64,000 nt of DNA, from the NCBI RefSeq assembly GCF_048403405.1, contig NZ_CP183129.1; one strand, 5' to 3'. The notes under the pieces were generated by a model. That model made no database searches. It was not told where the DNA came from and saw only the letters and a list, made by a program, of their open reading frames with translations. Position 1 is the stretch's first letter, and every line of letters begins with the position of its first letter. Positions 44,045 through 58,426 of the stretch are shown here, in pieces. The stretch comes from Escherichia coli. GTDB lineage: Bacteria; Pseudomonadota; Gammaproteobacteria; Enterobacterales; Enterobacteriaceae. Position numbers and translations under genes: made by a program.

Positions 44045-44451
44045 GTGAAAAGGTGGTGTTCAGTCAACTGAGCCGTAAATTTATTGATGAGAACGATGCC
44101 ACGCCCGCCGAGGCGCAGCAGGTGGTCTATTACAGCCTGGCGATTGGTCACCACCTTGGGGTTATCGATTGCCTGGAAGCGGCGCTCACCTGTCCGTGGG
44201 ATGAATATCTGGCATGGATTGCCACTCTGGAGGCGGGCAGCGAAGCCCGCCGCAAAATGGAAGGCGTGCCGAAATATGGTGAGATCGTCATCGACATTAA
44301 CCATGTGCCGATGCTGGCCAACGCATTCGATAAAGCCCGGGCTGCGCAAACTTCGCAGCAGAAAGAATGGAGTACAATGCTGTTAAGTATGCTGCATGAT
44401 ATTCATCAGGAAAACGCCATCTATTTGATGGTGAGGAGATTGCGTGACTGA
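44041..44451 (+). CDS. hycH: Formate hydrogenlyase maturation protein HycH
   Basis: 136 aa ORF in the conserved position. Confidence 0.9.
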   Translation: MSEKVVFSQLSRKFIDENDATPAEAQQVVYYSLAIGHHLGVIDCLEAALTCPWDEYLAWIATLEAGSEARRKMEGVPKYGEIVIDINHVPMLANAFDKARAAQTSQQKEWSTMLLSMLHDIHQENAIYLMVRRLRD

Positions 44452-44914
44452 CGTTTTACTCTGTGTTGGCAATAGCATGATGGGCGATGATGGCGCAGGT
44501 CCGCTGCTGGCGGAAAAGTGTGCCGCCGCGCCGAAAGGTAACTGGGTGGTGATTGACGGCGGTAGCGCACCGGAAAACGACATCGTCGCTATTCGCGAAC
44601 TGCGCCCGACACGACTGTTGATTGTCGACGCCACGGATATGGGGCTAAACCCCGGCGAGATCCGCATCATCGATCCGGATGATATCGCCGAGATGTTTAT
44701 GATGACTACCCATAACATGCCGTTGAACTACCTTATCGACCAGTTGAAAGAAGACATTGGCGAAGTGATTTTCCTCGGCATCCAGCCGGATATCGTCGGC
44801 TTTTACTACCCGATGACCCAGCCGATTAAAGACGCCGTAGAAACCGTTTATCAACGACTGGAAGGCTGGGAACGGAATGGCGGATTCGCGCAGTTAGCGG
44901 TGGAAGAAGAGTAG
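44444..44914 (+). CDS. hycI: Hydrogenase 3 maturation protease HycI
   Basis: 156 aa ORF, last gene of hyc. Confidence 0.9.
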   Translation: MTDVLLCVGNSMMGDDGAGPLLAEKCAAAPKGNWVVIDGGSAPENDIVAIRELRPTRLLIVDATDMGLNPGEIRIIDPDDIAEMFMMTTHNMPLNYLIDQLKEDIGEVIFLGIQPDIVGFYYPMTQPIKDAVETVYQRLEGWERNGGFAQLAVEEE

Positions 44915-44970
44915 TTCGTAGACAAACATGTTCACGTTTTGGAATTTGGACGTGCAATTGTGACGTGTAG

Positions 44971-44999
44971 ACGGGTGTTTACATATTGTGAACACCCGT
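44971..44999. promoter_or_regulatory. Imperfect 29-bp palindrome upstream of the higB-like gene (candidate operator)
   Basis: ACGGGTGTTTACA-TAT-TGTGAACACCCGT, one mismatch between arms, 82 bp upstream of the toxin ATG. Confidence 0.35.
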
Positions 45000-45080
45000 G
45001 TGATCAACTACTATAGAAAAATAAATCCGAAGGAATGGTAGTCCAGGTTTAGTCATTCAGGCGCTAATAAGGAAGTTAAA

Positions 45081-45392
45081 ATGCACATCATTTCGAAAGC
45101 GCCATTTGAAGAGTGTGCGCGCAAATATCCTAACGACGCTCTGGCTCTACACTCATTGTATCGGGTTATTAAGGAAACGGATTTTTCTACACCAGAAGAA
45201 ATGCGAACGGCGTTTCCTAACCTCGACAATTTTAAATATCGCAACAAATGGTACGTTCTGGATGTCGGCGGGAACAATCTTAGGGTTATTGCCTACATAA
45301 ACTTTGTTAATAAGCGGTTCTTTGTGAAGCACATAACGAATCACGCAGAGTATGACAAACTGACACGTTACTACAGAGAGAACAAAGAATGA
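45081..45392 (+). CDS. HigB-like type II toxin (RelE/ParE superfamily)
   Basis: 103 aa ORF; resembles remembered HigB (FPNLDNFKY...VLDVGGNNLRVIA); AAGGAAG RBS; stop overlaps antitoxin start (ATGA). Confidence 0.8.
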   Translation: MHIISKAPFEECARKYPNDALALHSLYRVIKETDFSTPEEMRTAFPNLDNFKYRNKWYVLDVGGNNLRVIAYINFVNKRFFVKHITNHAEYDKLTRYYRENKE

Positions 45393-45808
45393 CTGCTAAT
45401 GCTGCACGCGCTGTTAAAGCAACAAGAGAACTGGTCAATGCAGTCCCCTTTCTGGGAGGCAGTGACTCAGAAGATGATTATCGTGAAGCACTGGAACTGG
45501 TCGAATATTTGATTGAAGAAGATGACACCAATCCACTTATCGACTTTCTGGCGAGCCGCATTGCAGAATATGAAAACAACAACGAAAAGTTTGCAGAGTT
45601 CGACAAAGCCGTTGCAGCAATGCCGGTTGGCGTGGCGTTACTTCGTACGCTGATTGATCAACATAATTTGACCTATGCGGATTTGAAGAACGAAATCGGC
45701 TCTAAATCTCTGGTCAGTCAGATTTTGTCTGGGCAACGATCCCTGACGATATCCCATATTAAGGCACTTTCAGCCCGATTTGGCGTTAAGCCGGAATGGT
45801 TTCTTTGA
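45389..45808 (+). CDS. HigA-like antitoxin (HTH)
   Basis: 139 aa ORF coupled to the toxin; C-terminal HTH-like segment (IGSKSLVSQILSGQRSLTISHIKALSARFGV). Confidence 0.8.
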   Translation: MTANAARAVKATRELVNAVPFLGGSDSEDDYREALELVEYLIEEDDTNPLIDFLASRIAEYENNNEKFAEFDKAVAAMPVGVALLRTLIDQHNLTYADLKNEIGSKSLVSQILSGQRSLTISHIKALSARFGVKPEWFL

Positions 45809-45886
45809 TTTTGACTGATGCCAAACCCAAGATTGCCCGATGCGCAACGCTTATCGGGCTTTCCTGGTTCGTGCGACGGTAGTTAC

Positions 45887-48777
<2,891 letters not shown>

Positions 48778-49036
48778 CGGATTTTATCCTGTTATCAGTA
48801 GGGTAGATGTAGTTGTTATCAGTCGACGTGACGGAAAAATGCCGATGCTGAAACGGAATTAGGAAACCGGTTTCACAAAATCATGAATAGTTGTCACTAA
48901 ATAAGCAAGAGAGTTAATTGTTCATTTTTTATATTTGTGAAACCGGTCACCTGAATATTTTTCCCGCCGATTGCGCAAGGACAATCGGCAAACGGTGCAG
49001 TACACTGCGTTGATTGCGTGTAAAGGGATGAAAATG

Positions 49037-50047
49037 ATGACGACGATGCTGGAAGTGGCGAAGCGCGCCGGGGTTTCAAAAGCGACCGTTTCCCGCGTGC
49101 TTTCAGGTAATGGCTACGTCAGCCAGGAGACTAAAGATCGCGTGTTTCAGGCGGTAGAAGAGAGCGGTTACCGCCCAAACTTGCTGGCGCGCAATCTGTC
49201 GGCGAAGAGTACTCAGACGCTGGGGCTGGTCGTGACCAACACGCTTTACCACGGCATTTATTTTAGTGAATTACTCTTTCATGCCGCGCGAATGGCGGAA
49301 GAGAAAGGGCGACAGTTGCTATTGGCAGATGGTAAACACAGCGCCGAAGAAGAGCGCCAGGCGATTCAGTATCTGCTGGATTTGCGCTGCGACGCCATTA
49401 TGATTTACCCGCGTTTTTTAAGCGTGGATGAGATTGATGACATCATTGACGCACACAGTCAGCCGATAATGGTGCTTAATCGCCGCCTGCGCAAAAACAG
49501 CAGCCATAGCGTCTGGTGCGATCATAAACAGACCAGCTTTAACGCCGTGGCAGAGTTGATAAACGCCGGACATCAGGAGATTGCTTTCCTTACCGGCTCG
49601 ATGGATTCTCCCACCAGCATTGAACGTCTTGCCGGGTATAAAGACGCGCTGGCGCAGCATAGTATTGCGCTCAATGAAAAACTTATCGCTAACGGTAAAT
49701 GGACGCCCGCCAGCGGGGCCGAAGGGGTAGAAACGTTGCTCGAACGTGGGGCTAAATTTAGCGCGTTAGTTGCCAGTAACGACGATATGGCGATAGGTGC
49801 GATGAAAGCGTTACACGAGCGCGGCGTAGCGGTGCCAGAGCAGGTGTCAGTTATCGGATTCGATGATATCGCCATTGCCCCCTATATCGTTCCGGCGCTC
49901 TCCAGCGTAAAAATTCCGGTGACTGAGATGATTCAGGAAATTATTGGACGGCTGATTTTTATGCTCGATGGTGGGGATTTCTCACCGCCGAAAACCTTCA
50001 GCGGAAAACTGATCCGCCGCGGCTCCCTCATTGCTCTTTCGCAATAA
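49037..50047 (+). CDS. ascG: LacI-family repressor of the asc operon
   Basis: Track ORF starts at TTG 48971; ATG 49037 gives MTTMLEVAKRAGVSKATVSRVL; 336 aa; divergent from ascF. Confidence 0.85.
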   Translation: MTTMLEVAKRAGVSKATVSRVLSGNGYVSQETKDRVFQAVEESGYRPNLLARNLSAKSTQTLGLVVTNTLYHGIYFSELLFHAARMAEEKGRQLLLADGKHSAEEERQAIQYLLDLRCDAIMIYPRFLSVDEIDDIIDAHSQPIMVLNRRLRKNSSHSVWCDHKQTSFNAVAELINAGHQEIAFLTGSMDSPTSIERLAGYKDALAQHSIALNEKLIANGKWTPASGAEGVETLLERGAKFSALVASNDDMAIGAMKALHERGVAVPEQVSVIGFDDIAIAPYIVPALSSVKIPVTEMIQEIIGRLIFMLDGGDFSPPKTFSGKLIRRGSLIALSQ

Positions 50048-50060
50048 ACATTGTCATCAC

Positions 50061-50095
50061 ATGTCATCGTCACTAGTGTCGATGACATCGTTTTT
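50061..50095 (+). terminator. Rho-independent terminator after ascG
   Basis: ATGTCATCG / CGATGACAT stem followed by CGTTTTT, 14 nt after the ascG stop. Confidence 0.55.
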
Positions 50096-50195
50096 CCTGC
50101 ATTACAGAATTTAATTTCTTTAAATAACAGTAAATTAAAAACTGGCATGATTTGTGAATGTATCGGCGCATTAACTGTCATTGCTGGAGAATTTG

Positions 50196-50723
50196 ATGAA
50201 CCGTTTCATCATTGCTGACGCGAGTAAATGTATTGGTTGCCGTACCTGTGAAGTGGCGTGCGTGGTTTCTCATCAGGAGAATCAGGACTGTGCATCGCTG
50301 ACCCCGGAAACTTTTTTACCGCGAATCCATGTCATTAAAGGTGTGAACATTTCTACGGCAACAGTCTGCCGTCAGTGTGAAGATGCACCGTGCGCTAACG
50401 TCTGCCCAAATGGTGCTATCAGCCGTGATAAAGGGTTTGTTCATGTGATGCAGGAACGTTGCATTGGTTGCAAAACCTGCGTTGTGGCTTGCCCGTATGG
50501 CGCGATGGAAGTGGTGGTACGTCCGGTGATTCGCAACAGCGGCGCAGGGCTGAATGTACGGGCTGACAAAGCCGAAGCCAATAAATGCGACCTCTGTAAC
50601 CATCGTGAAGACGGCCCGGCGTGTATGGCGGCTTGCCCGACCCATGCGCTGATTTGTGTCGATCGTAATAAACTTGAACAACTGAGCGCAGAAAAACGCC
50701 GCCGTACGGCGCTGATGTTCTAA
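50196..50723 (+). CDS. hydN: Ferredoxin-like electron transport protein HydN
   Basis: Track ORF starts at TTG 50181; ATG 50196 with GGAGA RBS; 175 aa with four 4Fe-4S motifs. Confidence 0.9.
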   Translation: MNRFIIADASKCIGCRTCEVACVVSHQENQDCASLTPETFLPRIHVIKGVNISTATVCRQCEDAPCANVCPNGAISRDKGFVHVMQERCIGCKTCVVACPYGAMEVVVRPVIRNSGAGLNVRADKAEANKCDLCNHREDGPACMAACPTHALICVDRNKLEQLSAEKRRRTALMF

Positions 50724-50875
50724 AAATCTTACAGAACTGTTCTGGCATCAAAGGAATTCCCGGAAATATTCGTAGAATACGGAGCGGGCGGTATCGCCGA
50801 CCTGTGATTGCCGGATACGACGCTGTCGTGTCCGGCAGGGCGGGTTACGCAATTCATGATGGCGGGAATAACTCA

Positions 50876-53116
50876 ATGGCAAAAAACACATCTTGCGGTG
50901 TCCAACTGCGTATTCGTGGCAAAGTGCAGGGCGTCGGTTTTCGTCCGTTTGTCTGGCAGCTGGCACAGCAATTAAATCTTCACGGCGATGTCTGTAATGA
51001 CGGCGATGGCGTAGAAGTCCGGCTGCTGGAAGACCCGGAAACGTTTCTTGTGCAGTTGCATCAGCACTGCCCGCCGCTGGCGCGTATTGATAGCGTCGAG
51101 CGTGAGCCGTTTATCTGGTCACAACTGCCCACCGAGTTCACTATACGCCAGAGCACAGGCGGCACCATGAATACGCAAATTGTTCCCGATGCCGCTACTT
51201 GCCCTGCCTGTCTTGCCGAAATGAATACCCCAGGCGAGCGGCGTTATCGTTATCCGTTTATCAACTGTACTCACTGTGGCCCGCGTTTCACCATTATTCG
51301 CGCCATGCCTTACGACCGCCCGTTTACCGTGATGGCGGCGTTTCCGTTGTGTCCGGCTTGTGACAAAGAGTACCGCGACCCGCTCGATCGTCGCTTCCAC
51401 GCCCAGCCGGTGGCCTGCCCGGAGTGTGGCCCACATCTTGAATGGGTAAGTCATGGTGAACATGCGGAACAAGAGGCGGCATTACAGGCAGCTATCGCAC
51501 AGTTAAAAATGGGCAACATTGTCGCCATCAAAGGGATTGGCGGATTTCATCTTGCCTGCGATGCACGTAACAGTAACGCGGTGGCGACACTGCGGGCGCG
51601 CAAACATCGCCCGGCGAAACCGCTGGCGGTCATGTTGCCAGTGGCAGAAGGTTTACCAGACGCTGCGCGCCAGTTGCTCACCACACCCGCCGCGCCGATT
51701 GTGCTGGTGGATAAAAAATACGTTCCTGAGCTTTGTGATGATATCGCCCCTGGCCTTAACGAAGTTGGGGTGATGTTGCCTGCGAATCCGCTTCAGCATT
51801 TGCTGTTACAGGAACTGCAATGTCCGCTGGTGATGACCTCCGGCAACCTGAGCGGTAAACCACCGGCTATCAGCAACGAACAGGCGCTGGCGGATTTGCA
51901 GGGCATTGCCGACGGATTCTTGCTACATAACCGCGACATCGTGCAGCGGATGGATGATTCGGTGGTGCGCGAAAGCGGCGAAATGCTGCGCCGTTCGCGG
52001 GGGTATGTGCCGGATGCGCTGGCTTTGCCTCCGGGCTTTAAAAATGTTCCGCCTGTGCTGTGTCTCGGCGCGGATCTGAAAAACACCTTCTGCCTGGTGC
52101 GCGGTGAACAAGCGGTGTTGAGTCAGCATCTGGGCGATTTAAGTGACGATGGCATCCAGATGCAGTGGCGCGAAGCGTTACGCCTGATGCAAAACATCTA
52201 CGATTTCACTCCGCAATACGTTGTGCATGACGCGCATCCGGGCTATGTCTCCAGCCAGTGGGCACGCGAAATGAATCTGCCGACGCAAACGGTGCTGCAT
52301 CATCATGCTCATGCGGCGGCGAGTCTGGCAGAGCATCAGTGGCCGCTGGATGGCGGTGATGTCATTGCGTTGACGCTCGACGGTATCGGTATGGGGGAGA
52401 ACGGCGCTTTGTGGGGCGGCGAATGCCTGCGGGTGAACTATCGCGAATGTGAGCACCTGGGCGGCTTGCCTGCGGTGGCGCTTCCGGGGGGCGATTTGGC
52501 TGCAAAGCAGCCGTGGCGTAACCTGCTGGCGCAGTGCCTGCGCTTTGTGCCGGAGTGGCAGAATTACCCTGAAACGACAAGTGTGCAACAGCAAAACTGG
52601 AGCGTGCTGGCGCGGGCCATTGAGCGTGGAATTAACGCGCCGCTGGCGTCATCGTGTGGGCGTTTGTTCGATGCTGTGGCGGCGGCACTGGGCTGTGCGC
52701 CAGCCACGTTAAGTTATGAAGGTGAAGCGGCTTGTGCTCTGGAGGCGCTCGCAGCTTCGTGCGACGGAGTGACGCATCCGGTGACGATGCCGCTGGTGGA
52801 CAATCAACTGGATCTCGCCACTTTCTGGCAGCAGTGGCTGAACTGGCAGGCACCGGTTAATCAACGCGCGTGGGCGTTTCATGATGCGCTGGCGCAGGGT
52901 TTTGCCGCGTTGATGCGTGAGCAGGCCACGATGCGCGGTATCACTACGCTGGTATTTAGCGGTGGGGTTATTCATAACCGATTGCTGCGTACACGCCTGG
53001 CGCATTATCTCGCTGATTTCACATTGCTCTTTCCACAGAGTTTACCGGCGGGTGATGGCGGCTTGTCTCTGGGGCAGGGGGTTATTGCTGCGGCGCGCAT
53101 CCTGCATACTGCATAG
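50876..53116 (+). CDS. hypF: Carbamoyltransferase HypF (hydrogenase maturation)
   Basis: Track ORF trimmed to ATG 50876 ([25 protein letters not shown], acylphosphatase-like start); zinc-finger CxxC pairs. Confidence 0.9.
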   Translation: MAKNTSCGVQLRIRGKVQGVGFRPFVWQLAQQLNLHGDVCNDGDGVEVRLLEDPETFLVQLHQHCPPLARIDSVEREPFIWSQLPTEFTIRQSTGGTMNTQIVPDAATCPACLAEMNTPGERRYRYPFINCTHCGPRFTIIRAMPYDRPFTVMAAFPLCPACDKEYRDPLDRRFHAQPVACPECGPHLEWVSHGEHAEQEAALQAAIAQLKMGNIVAIKGIGGFHLACDARNSNAVATLRARKHRPAKPLAVMLPVAEGLPDAARQLLTTPAAPIVLVDKKYVPELCDDIAPGLNEVGVMLPANPLQHLLLQELQCPLVMTSGNLSGKPPAISNEQALADLQGIADGFLLHNRDIVQRMDDSVVRESGEMLRRSRGYVPDALALPPGFKNVPPVLCLGADLKNTFCLVRGEQAVLSQHLGDLSDDGIQMQWREALRLMQNIYDFTPQYVVHDAHPGYVSSQWAREMNLPTQTVLHHHAHAAASLAEHQWPLDGGDVIALTLDGIGMGENGALWGGECLRVNYRECEHLGGLPAVALPGGDLAAKQPWRNLLAQCLRFVPEWQNYPETTSVQQQNWSVLARAIERGINAPLASSCGRLFDAVAAALGCAPATLSYEGEAACALEALAASCDGVTHPVTMPLVDNQLDLATFWQQWLNWQAPVNQRAWAFHDALAQGFAALMREQATMRGITTLVFSGGVIHNRLLRTRLAHYLADFTLLFPQSLPAGDGGLSLGQGVIAAARILHTA

Positions 53117-53193
53117 TGGCGGATGTGGCGTAACTAAGCGTAAATAGAGCGCGGACAGTCCCCTCGCCCTTTGGGCGAGGGAGAAAAACATGC

Positions 53194-54327
53194 CTATACC
53201 GGCAACGTTTTCAACAATCCAAACGCCTCTTTCATCCGATCCTCACTGACCACAAAGGCGCGAAGCTGGTCAGCATCATCAACACCGCGCGCCACCATTC
53301 CCTGGTGTTCGGTATTAATTTGCCAGCGTAAATCCTGACGCTGGGTTTCGCCTGCCAGATGCAGCGGTAATTCCGGCGTTTTGATTTTCACCAGCATCGC
53401 CGGGAGTTTCAGCGGCGTGTTATTGCCGAGAAGATTTTTTGCCAGCACCATCGCGCTAAGTTGAATCGGCTGGAGGAACGGCAATACCTGACCGTTAATT
53501 TCCGCGCAATCGCCCAGCGCATAAATATCGGCATTACTGGTTTGCAGATAACTATCGACGCAAACGCCGCGATTAATCGTCAGCCCGGCGCGTCGTGCCA
53601 GGGCGGTTTCCGGGCGCAGCCCGGTGGCGGCAATTACCGCATCCACTTCGATGCTGCGCTGGCGGTCCAGCGTTGCCTGAATGCCAGAATCCGCTTTTTC
53701 CAGCCCCTGCAACTGAGATTTTAACAGCAGATGAACGCCCATCTCCGTCAACCGATGCTGTAAGCGGCTGCTTACTTCCGGTGGCATTAACGACGCCAGA
53801 ATACTGGCAGCGTTGTCGATTAGCGTGACCGCTTTGCCTGCACGACAAAAATCCATCGCCAGTTCGCTACCAATCAAACCACCGCCGACAATCAACACGC
53901 GTCGGGCATCCCGCAGTTGCGTTTCACAGGCGCGATACTCTTGCTGACTATTTAACGTCAGCATTAACTCACGTCCGGGCACTGGCGGGACAAAGGCGCT
54001 GGCACCGGTTGCCAGCACTAACTTGTCGTATTGCCACTGATTATTCTGACTTTTCACCACATGGGCTTCGGCATCGATATCCGTCACCCAGGTTTGCGGA
54101 AACAGGCGCAGATTAAACTGCTCGGCAAATTCACCCGCTGTCTGGCGGGTAAGGTCATCGGCACGTTGCCCCTGGCTGATAACATGGCTGAGATCCGGTT
54201 TGTTGTACTCATCCATGCTGTCGGCGGCAATCAGGGTTAATGAAATACAGGCGTCCTGTTTGCGAATATTTTTCACCAGTTGGCGGGCGGCGAAGCCCGA
54301 ACCAATGATCACAATGCCGTTGCTCAT
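53194..54327 (-). CDS. norW: NADH:flavorubredoxin reductase
   Basis: 377 aa ORF with FAD-binding GSGFAARQ N-terminus; overlaps norV by 4 nt. Confidence 0.9.
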   Translation of the reverse strand: MSNGIVIIGSGFAARQLVKNIRKQDACISLTLIAADSMDEYNKPDLSHVISQGQRADDLTRQTAGEFAEQFNLRLFPQTWVTDIDAEAHVVKSQNNQWQYDKLVLATGASAFVPPVPGRELMLTLNSQQEYRACETQLRDARRVLIVGGGLIGSELAMDFCRAGKAVTLIDNAASILASLMPPEVSSRLQHRLTEMGVHLLLKSQLQGLEKADSGIQATLDRQRSIEVDAVIAATGLRPETALARRAGLTINRGVCVDSYLQTSNADIYALGDCAEINGQVLPFLQPIQLSAMVLAKNLLGNNTPLKLPAMLVKIKTPELPLHLAGETQRQDLRWQINTEHQGMVARGVDDADQLRAFVVSEDRMKEAFGLLKTLPV

Positions 54328-55763
54328 TTTGCCTCCGATGCCAGTTCGTCAAAGACGTCTTTGCCAAGGGAGCATTCCGGGCACAGGAAGTTATCCGGGA
54401 CTTCACTCCACGGCGTTCCTGGCGCAACGTCCTGCATTGGCTCGCCTTTTGCCGGATCGTAAATCCACTGGCAGACGCTGCACTGCATCCGTGGGCCGAG
54501 GTCAGCCGTCGTGTTGGCAGAGGTTTCTTCTTTAACCACCGTATTCACCGTGCTCTGCGGCAGCGGCGCGAGCGCCCACTGACGGGCGATTTCGCGACCG
54601 TGTTCACGACATAACTCCAGAGCGTCCTGGTCCGGTCGCCATTTGGCTTTCAGGCTAAGCGACATTTCGAAACCCGCATCCTGCAGGCGCGTGGAAAGAC
54701 GATCCACCGCACCGCCGCTCCAGCCGTGAGAGCCGAAAGCACTGGCGCGTTTGTTACGAAAGCGTAAACCAGTCATCTCCTCCACCAGCCCGGCGATTTT
54801 TGGCATCATCACGTTATTCATCGTCGAAGTGCCGACCAGCACGCCTTTTGAGCGGAAGACATTGGTCAGGATTTCGTTTTTATCGCTTCGGGCGACGTTG
54901 AAAATTTTTACCGCCACGCGTGGGTCGGTTTCCGCAATACCCTGGGCGATAGCGTCAGCCATCATGCGGGTGTTATTCGACATGGTGTCGTAGAAAATGG
55001 TGATTCTGTCTTCCTGATAATCCGCCGCCCATTTCAGGTACAGCTCGACAATTTGCGTCGGGTTATCGCGCCATACCACGCCGTGAGAGGTCGCTATCAT
55101 ATCGACTGGCAAGTTAAAGCCCAGGATCTCGGTAATTTTCGGCGTTACCAGGCGGCTGAACGGCGTCAGGATATTGGCGTAGTAACGCTGGCACTGCTCG
55201 AAAAGCTCAGTCTGATCCACTTCATCGTTGAAAAGATGCTCGTCGCAGTAGTGCTGACCGAAAGCATCGTTACTGAACAGCACCGCGTCGCCTGTCAGGT
55301 AAGTCATCATGCTGTCCGGCCAGTGCAGCATTGGTGTTTCGACAAAAATGAGCTGTTTGCCGTTGCCGATATCCAGCATGTCGCCAGTTTTCACCACATT
55401 AAAATTCCACTCCGGATGATGGTGATGACCATTTATCGAGTCGATAGCGTTGGCAGTACAGTAGATCGGCGTATCGGGAATTTGTGCCATCAGTTCGGTC
55501 AGCGCCCCGGCGTGGTCCTCTTCTGCATGGTTAATCACGATGTAATCGATATCCGCCAGATCGATTTCATTACGCAGGTTCTGCACAAATTCGCGGCTGA
55601 ATTTATGGTCAACGGTGTCGATCAGCACGTTTTTTTCTTCGCGGATGAGGTAGCTGTTGTAGCTGCTGCCGCGCAGCGTTTTATATTCTGTGCCGTGAAA
55701 ATCACGCACTTCCCAGTCACGTTGACCAACCCAATGAATGTTATTTTTCACCACAATAGACAT
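54324..55763 (-). CDS. norV: Anaerobic nitric oxide reductase flavorubredoxin
   Basis: 479 aa ORF with C-terminal rubredoxin CxxC motifs. Confidence 0.95.
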   Translation of the reverse strand: MSIVVKNNIHWVGQRDWEVRDFHGTEYKTLRGSSYNSYLIREEKNVLIDTVDHKFSREFVQNLRNEIDLADIDYIVINHAEEDHAGALTELMAQIPDTPIYCTANAIDSINGHHHHPEWNFNVVKTGDMLDIGNGKQLIFVETPMLHWPDSMMTYLTGDAVLFSNDAFGQHYCDEHLFNDEVDQTELFEQCQRYYANILTPFSRLVTPKITEILGFNLPVDMIATSHGVVWRDNPTQIVELYLKWAADYQEDRITIFYDTMSNNTRMMADAIAQGIAETDPRVAVKIFNVARSDKNEILTNVFRSKGVLVGTSTMNNVMMPKIAGLVEEMTGLRFRNKRASAFGSHGWSGGAVDRLSTRLQDAGFEMSLSLKAKWRPDQDALELCREHGREIARQWALAPLPQSTVNTVVKEETSANTTADLGPRMQCSVCQWIYDPAKGEPMQDVAPGTPWSEVPDNFLCPECSLGKDVFDELASEAK

Positions 55764-55810
55764 AGCAACCTCAATTTATTCAGCGTGTTCTAAAAAGATG
55801 TCTTGCTAAT

Positions 55811-55826
55811 TGCAGATTGCGTGCCA
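55811..55826 (-). promoter_or_regulatory. Sigma-54 promoter (-24/-12) of norVW
   Basis: Minus strand reads TGGCACGCAATCTGCA, about 48 bp upstream of the norV start. Confidence 0.6.
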
Positions 55827-55881
55827 GTTTTTTATCTGATTGTTTTTACTCTATAAATAAAATTGTGCTCATTAATGAGTA

Positions 55882-55937
55882 GTCAAAATGACTATTAATC
55901 AAATGGTCGATATGACAATATCTATAGTCAAATTGAC
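55882..55937. promoter_or_regulatory. Three NorR-type enhancer sites (GTCA-N3-TGAC)
   Basis: GTCAAAATGAC (55882-55892), GTCGATATGAC (55906-55916), GTCAAATTGAC (55927-55937) between divergent norV and norR. Confidence 0.6.
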
Positions 55938-55949
55938 AGTGAGGCAAAG

Positions 55950-57464
55950 ATGAGTTTTTCCGTTGATGTGCTGGCGAATATCGCCATCGAATTGCAGCGT
56001 GGGATTGGTCATCAGGATCGTTTTCAGCGCCTGATCACCACGCTGCGTCAGGTGCTGGAGTGCGATGCGTCTGCATTGCTGCGTTACGACTCGCGGCAGT
56101 TTATTCCGCTTGCCATCGACGGGCTGGCAAAGGATGTACTCGGTAGACGCTTTGCGCTGGAAGGGCATCCACGGCTGGAAGCGATTGCCCGCGCCGGGGA
56201 CGTGGTGCGCTTTCCCGCAGACAGCGAATTGCCCGATCCCTATGACGGTTTGATTCTCGGGCAGGAGAGTCTGAAGGTTCACGCCTGCGTTGGTCTGCCA
56301 TTGTTTGCCGGGCAAAACCTGATCGGCGCATTGACGCTCGACGGGATGCAGCCCGATCAGTTCGATGTTTTCAGCGACGAAGAGTTACGGCTGATTGCCG
56401 CGCTGGCGGCGGGAGCGTTAAGCAATGCGTTGCTGATTGAGCAACTGGAAAGCCAGAATATGCTGCCGGGCGATGCCGCGCCGTTTGAAGCGGTGAAACA
56501 GACGCAGATGATTGGCTTGTCGCCAGGCATGACGCAATTGAAAAAAGAGATTGAGATTGTGGCGGCGTCCGATCTCAACGTCTTAATCAGCGGTGAGACG
56601 GGAACCGGTAAGGAGCTGGTGGCGAAAGCGATTCATGAAGCCTCGCCACGGGCGGTGAATCCGCTGGTCTATCTCAACTGTGCCGCACTGCCGGAAAGTG
56701 TGGCGGAAAGTGAACTGTTCGGGCATGTGAAAGGGGCGTTTACTGGTGCTATCAGTAACCGCAGCGGGAAGTTTGAAATGGCGGATAACGGCACACTGTT
56801 TCTCGATGAGATCGGCGAGTTGTCGTTGGCATTGCAGGCCAAGTTGCTGCGAGTGTTGCAGTATGGCGATATTCAGCGTGTTGGCGATGACCGCAGTTTG
56901 CGGGTCGATGTGCGCGTGCTGGCGGCGACTAACCGCGACTTACGCGAAGAGGTACTGGCAGGGCGATTCCGCGCTGACTTGTTCCACCGCCTGAGCGTGT
57001 TTCCACTTTCGGTGCCGCCGCTGCGTGAGCGGGGCGATGATGTCATTCTGCTGGCGGGGTATTTCTGCGAGCAGTGTCGTTTGCGGCTGGGGCTCTCCCG
57101 CGTGGTATTAAGTGCCGGGGCGCGAAATTTACTGCAACACTACAGTTTTCCGGGAAACGTGCGCGAACTGGAACATGCTATTCATCGGGCGGTAGTACTG
57201 TCGAGAGCCACTCGCAGCGGCGATGAAGTGATTCTTGAGGCGCAACATTTTGCTTTTCCTGAGGTGACGTTGCCGCCGCCAGAAGCGGCGGCGGTGCCCG
57301 TTGTTAAGCAAAACCTGCGTGAAGCGACAGAAGCGTTCCAGCGTGAAACTATTCGTCAGGCACTGGCACAAAATCATCACAACTGGGCTGCCTGTGCGCG
57401 GATGCTGGAAACCGACGTCGCCAACCTGCATCGGCTGGCGAAACGTCTGGGATTGAAGGATTAA
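55950..57464 (+). CDS. norR: Anaerobic nitric oxide reductase transcription regulator (sigma-54 enhancer-binding protein)
   Basis: 504 aa ORF with AAA+ GETGTGKE motif; divergent from norVW. Confidence 0.95.
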   Translation: MSFSVDVLANIAIELQRGIGHQDRFQRLITTLRQVLECDASALLRYDSRQFIPLAIDGLAKDVLGRRFALEGHPRLEAIARAGDVVRFPADSELPDPYDGLILGQESLKVHACVGLPLFAGQNLIGALTLDGMQPDQFDVFSDEELRLIAALAAGALSNALLIEQLESQNMLPGDAAPFEAVKQTQMIGLSPGMTQLKKEIEIVAASDLNVLISGETGTGKELVAKAIHEASPRAVNPLVYLNCAALPESVAESELFGHVKGAFTGAISNRSGKFEMADNGTLFLDEIGELSLALQAKLLRVLQYGDIQRVGDDRSLRVDVRVLAATNRDLREEVLAGRFRADLFHRLSVFPLSVPPLRERGDDVILLAGYFCEQCRLRLGLSRVVLSAGARNLLQHYSFPGNVRELEHAIHRAVVLSRATRSGDEVILEAQHFAFPEVTLPPPEAAAVPVVKQNLREATEAFQRETIRQALAQNHHNWAACARMLETDVANLHRLAKRLGLKD

Positions 57465-58426
57465 ATAATCCCGGCCTGATAGAAATCCTGCAGGTTAATT
57501 GCGCCGGTGAGTTTGCCGTTTTCATCTACCACCGGTGCGGCAGTGATTTTGCGCTTCATCAGGATCTCTTTGGCGTCGATGGCACGGCTTTGCGCCTGTA
57601 ATGTGGTGCCGCCTGTCGTCATCGCTTCATTAACTGGCGTGGTGAGTGCGCCGCCGCCAACCAGCCAGCGACGTAAATCGCCGTCGGTAAAGACGCCTTG
57701 TACCTGTTGTTGAGCGTCACATACCGCCACCAGCCCCAGACCAGTGCGGCTGAGTTCCAGCATCGCATCCATCACGCTGGCGGTTAACGCTACCTGCGGG
57801 ATAGCGTCATCACGGCGCATCAGATGATGCACTTTATTCAGCAAGCGAGCACCCAATGCTCCAGCAGGGTGGGAGCGGGCAAAATCTTCTTCATTAAATC
57901 CGCGCGCCTGCATGACCGCCATCGCCAGCGCGTCACCCATCATCAGGGTATTGACGGTGCTGGAGGTCGGCGCAAGGTGCATCGGACAGGCTTCGCGTTC
58001 TACGGAGATATCCAGCACCGCTTTCGCCGCCAGGCCCAGCGGTGACGTCGGTTTGCCGGTCATCGCCAGCAGTGCGATAGATTTATCTTCCAGACGCGGA
58101 ATAATCAGATCCAGTTCCTTCGCGCCACCGGAGTAAGAGATAAACAGCATCACATCGCGGCTTTCGATCATCCCCAGATCGCCGTGCAGTGCCTCTGCCG
58201 GATGGACAAAAAAAGCCGGTGTGCCGGTACTGGCAAGCGTTGCGGCGATTTTCTTACCAATGTGGCCCGATTTGCCAATTCCCGAAACCACCACTTTGCC
58301 TTCGCAGTGCAGGATGATATTGGCGGCGCGAACAAAATCATCGCCCAGACGTTCCGGTAAACGGCTTGCTTCCTGCAACTCCAGCATTAACGTCTGACGT
58401 CCCGCGTTCAGTAGTGCTTCACTCAT
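57461..58426 (-). CDS. gutQ: Arabinose 5-phosphate isomerase
   Basis: 321 aa ORF with SIS and CBS-like regions; end of the srl/gut operon. Confidence 0.9.
   Translation of the reverse strand: MSEALLNAGRQTLMLELQEASRLPERLGDDFVRAANIILHCEGKVVVSGIGKSGHIGKKIAATLASTGTPAFFVHPAEALHGDLGMIESRDVMLFISYSGGAKELDLIIPRLEDKSIALLAMTGKPTSPLGLAAKAVLDISVEREACPMHLAPTSSTVNTLMMGDALAMAVMQARGFNEEDFARSHPAGALGARLLNKVHHLMRRDDAIPQVALTASVMDAMLELSRTGLGLVAVCDAQQQVQGVFTDGDLRRWLVGGGALTTPVNEAMTTGGTTLQAQSRAIDAKEILMKRKITAAPVVDENGKLTGAINLQDFYQAGII

Noticed and set aside
45835-45863. GCCCGAT...ATCGGGC hairpin between higA-like gene and ascB
   Set aside because: 7-bp stem with an 11-nt loop and only three trailing T; too weak to call a terminator.
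53158-53190. Hairpin CCTCGCCC/GGGCGAGG between convergent hypF and norW
   Set aside because: The stem is clear but there is no U-run in either direction, so I could not call it a terminator; it may be a REP-like element.
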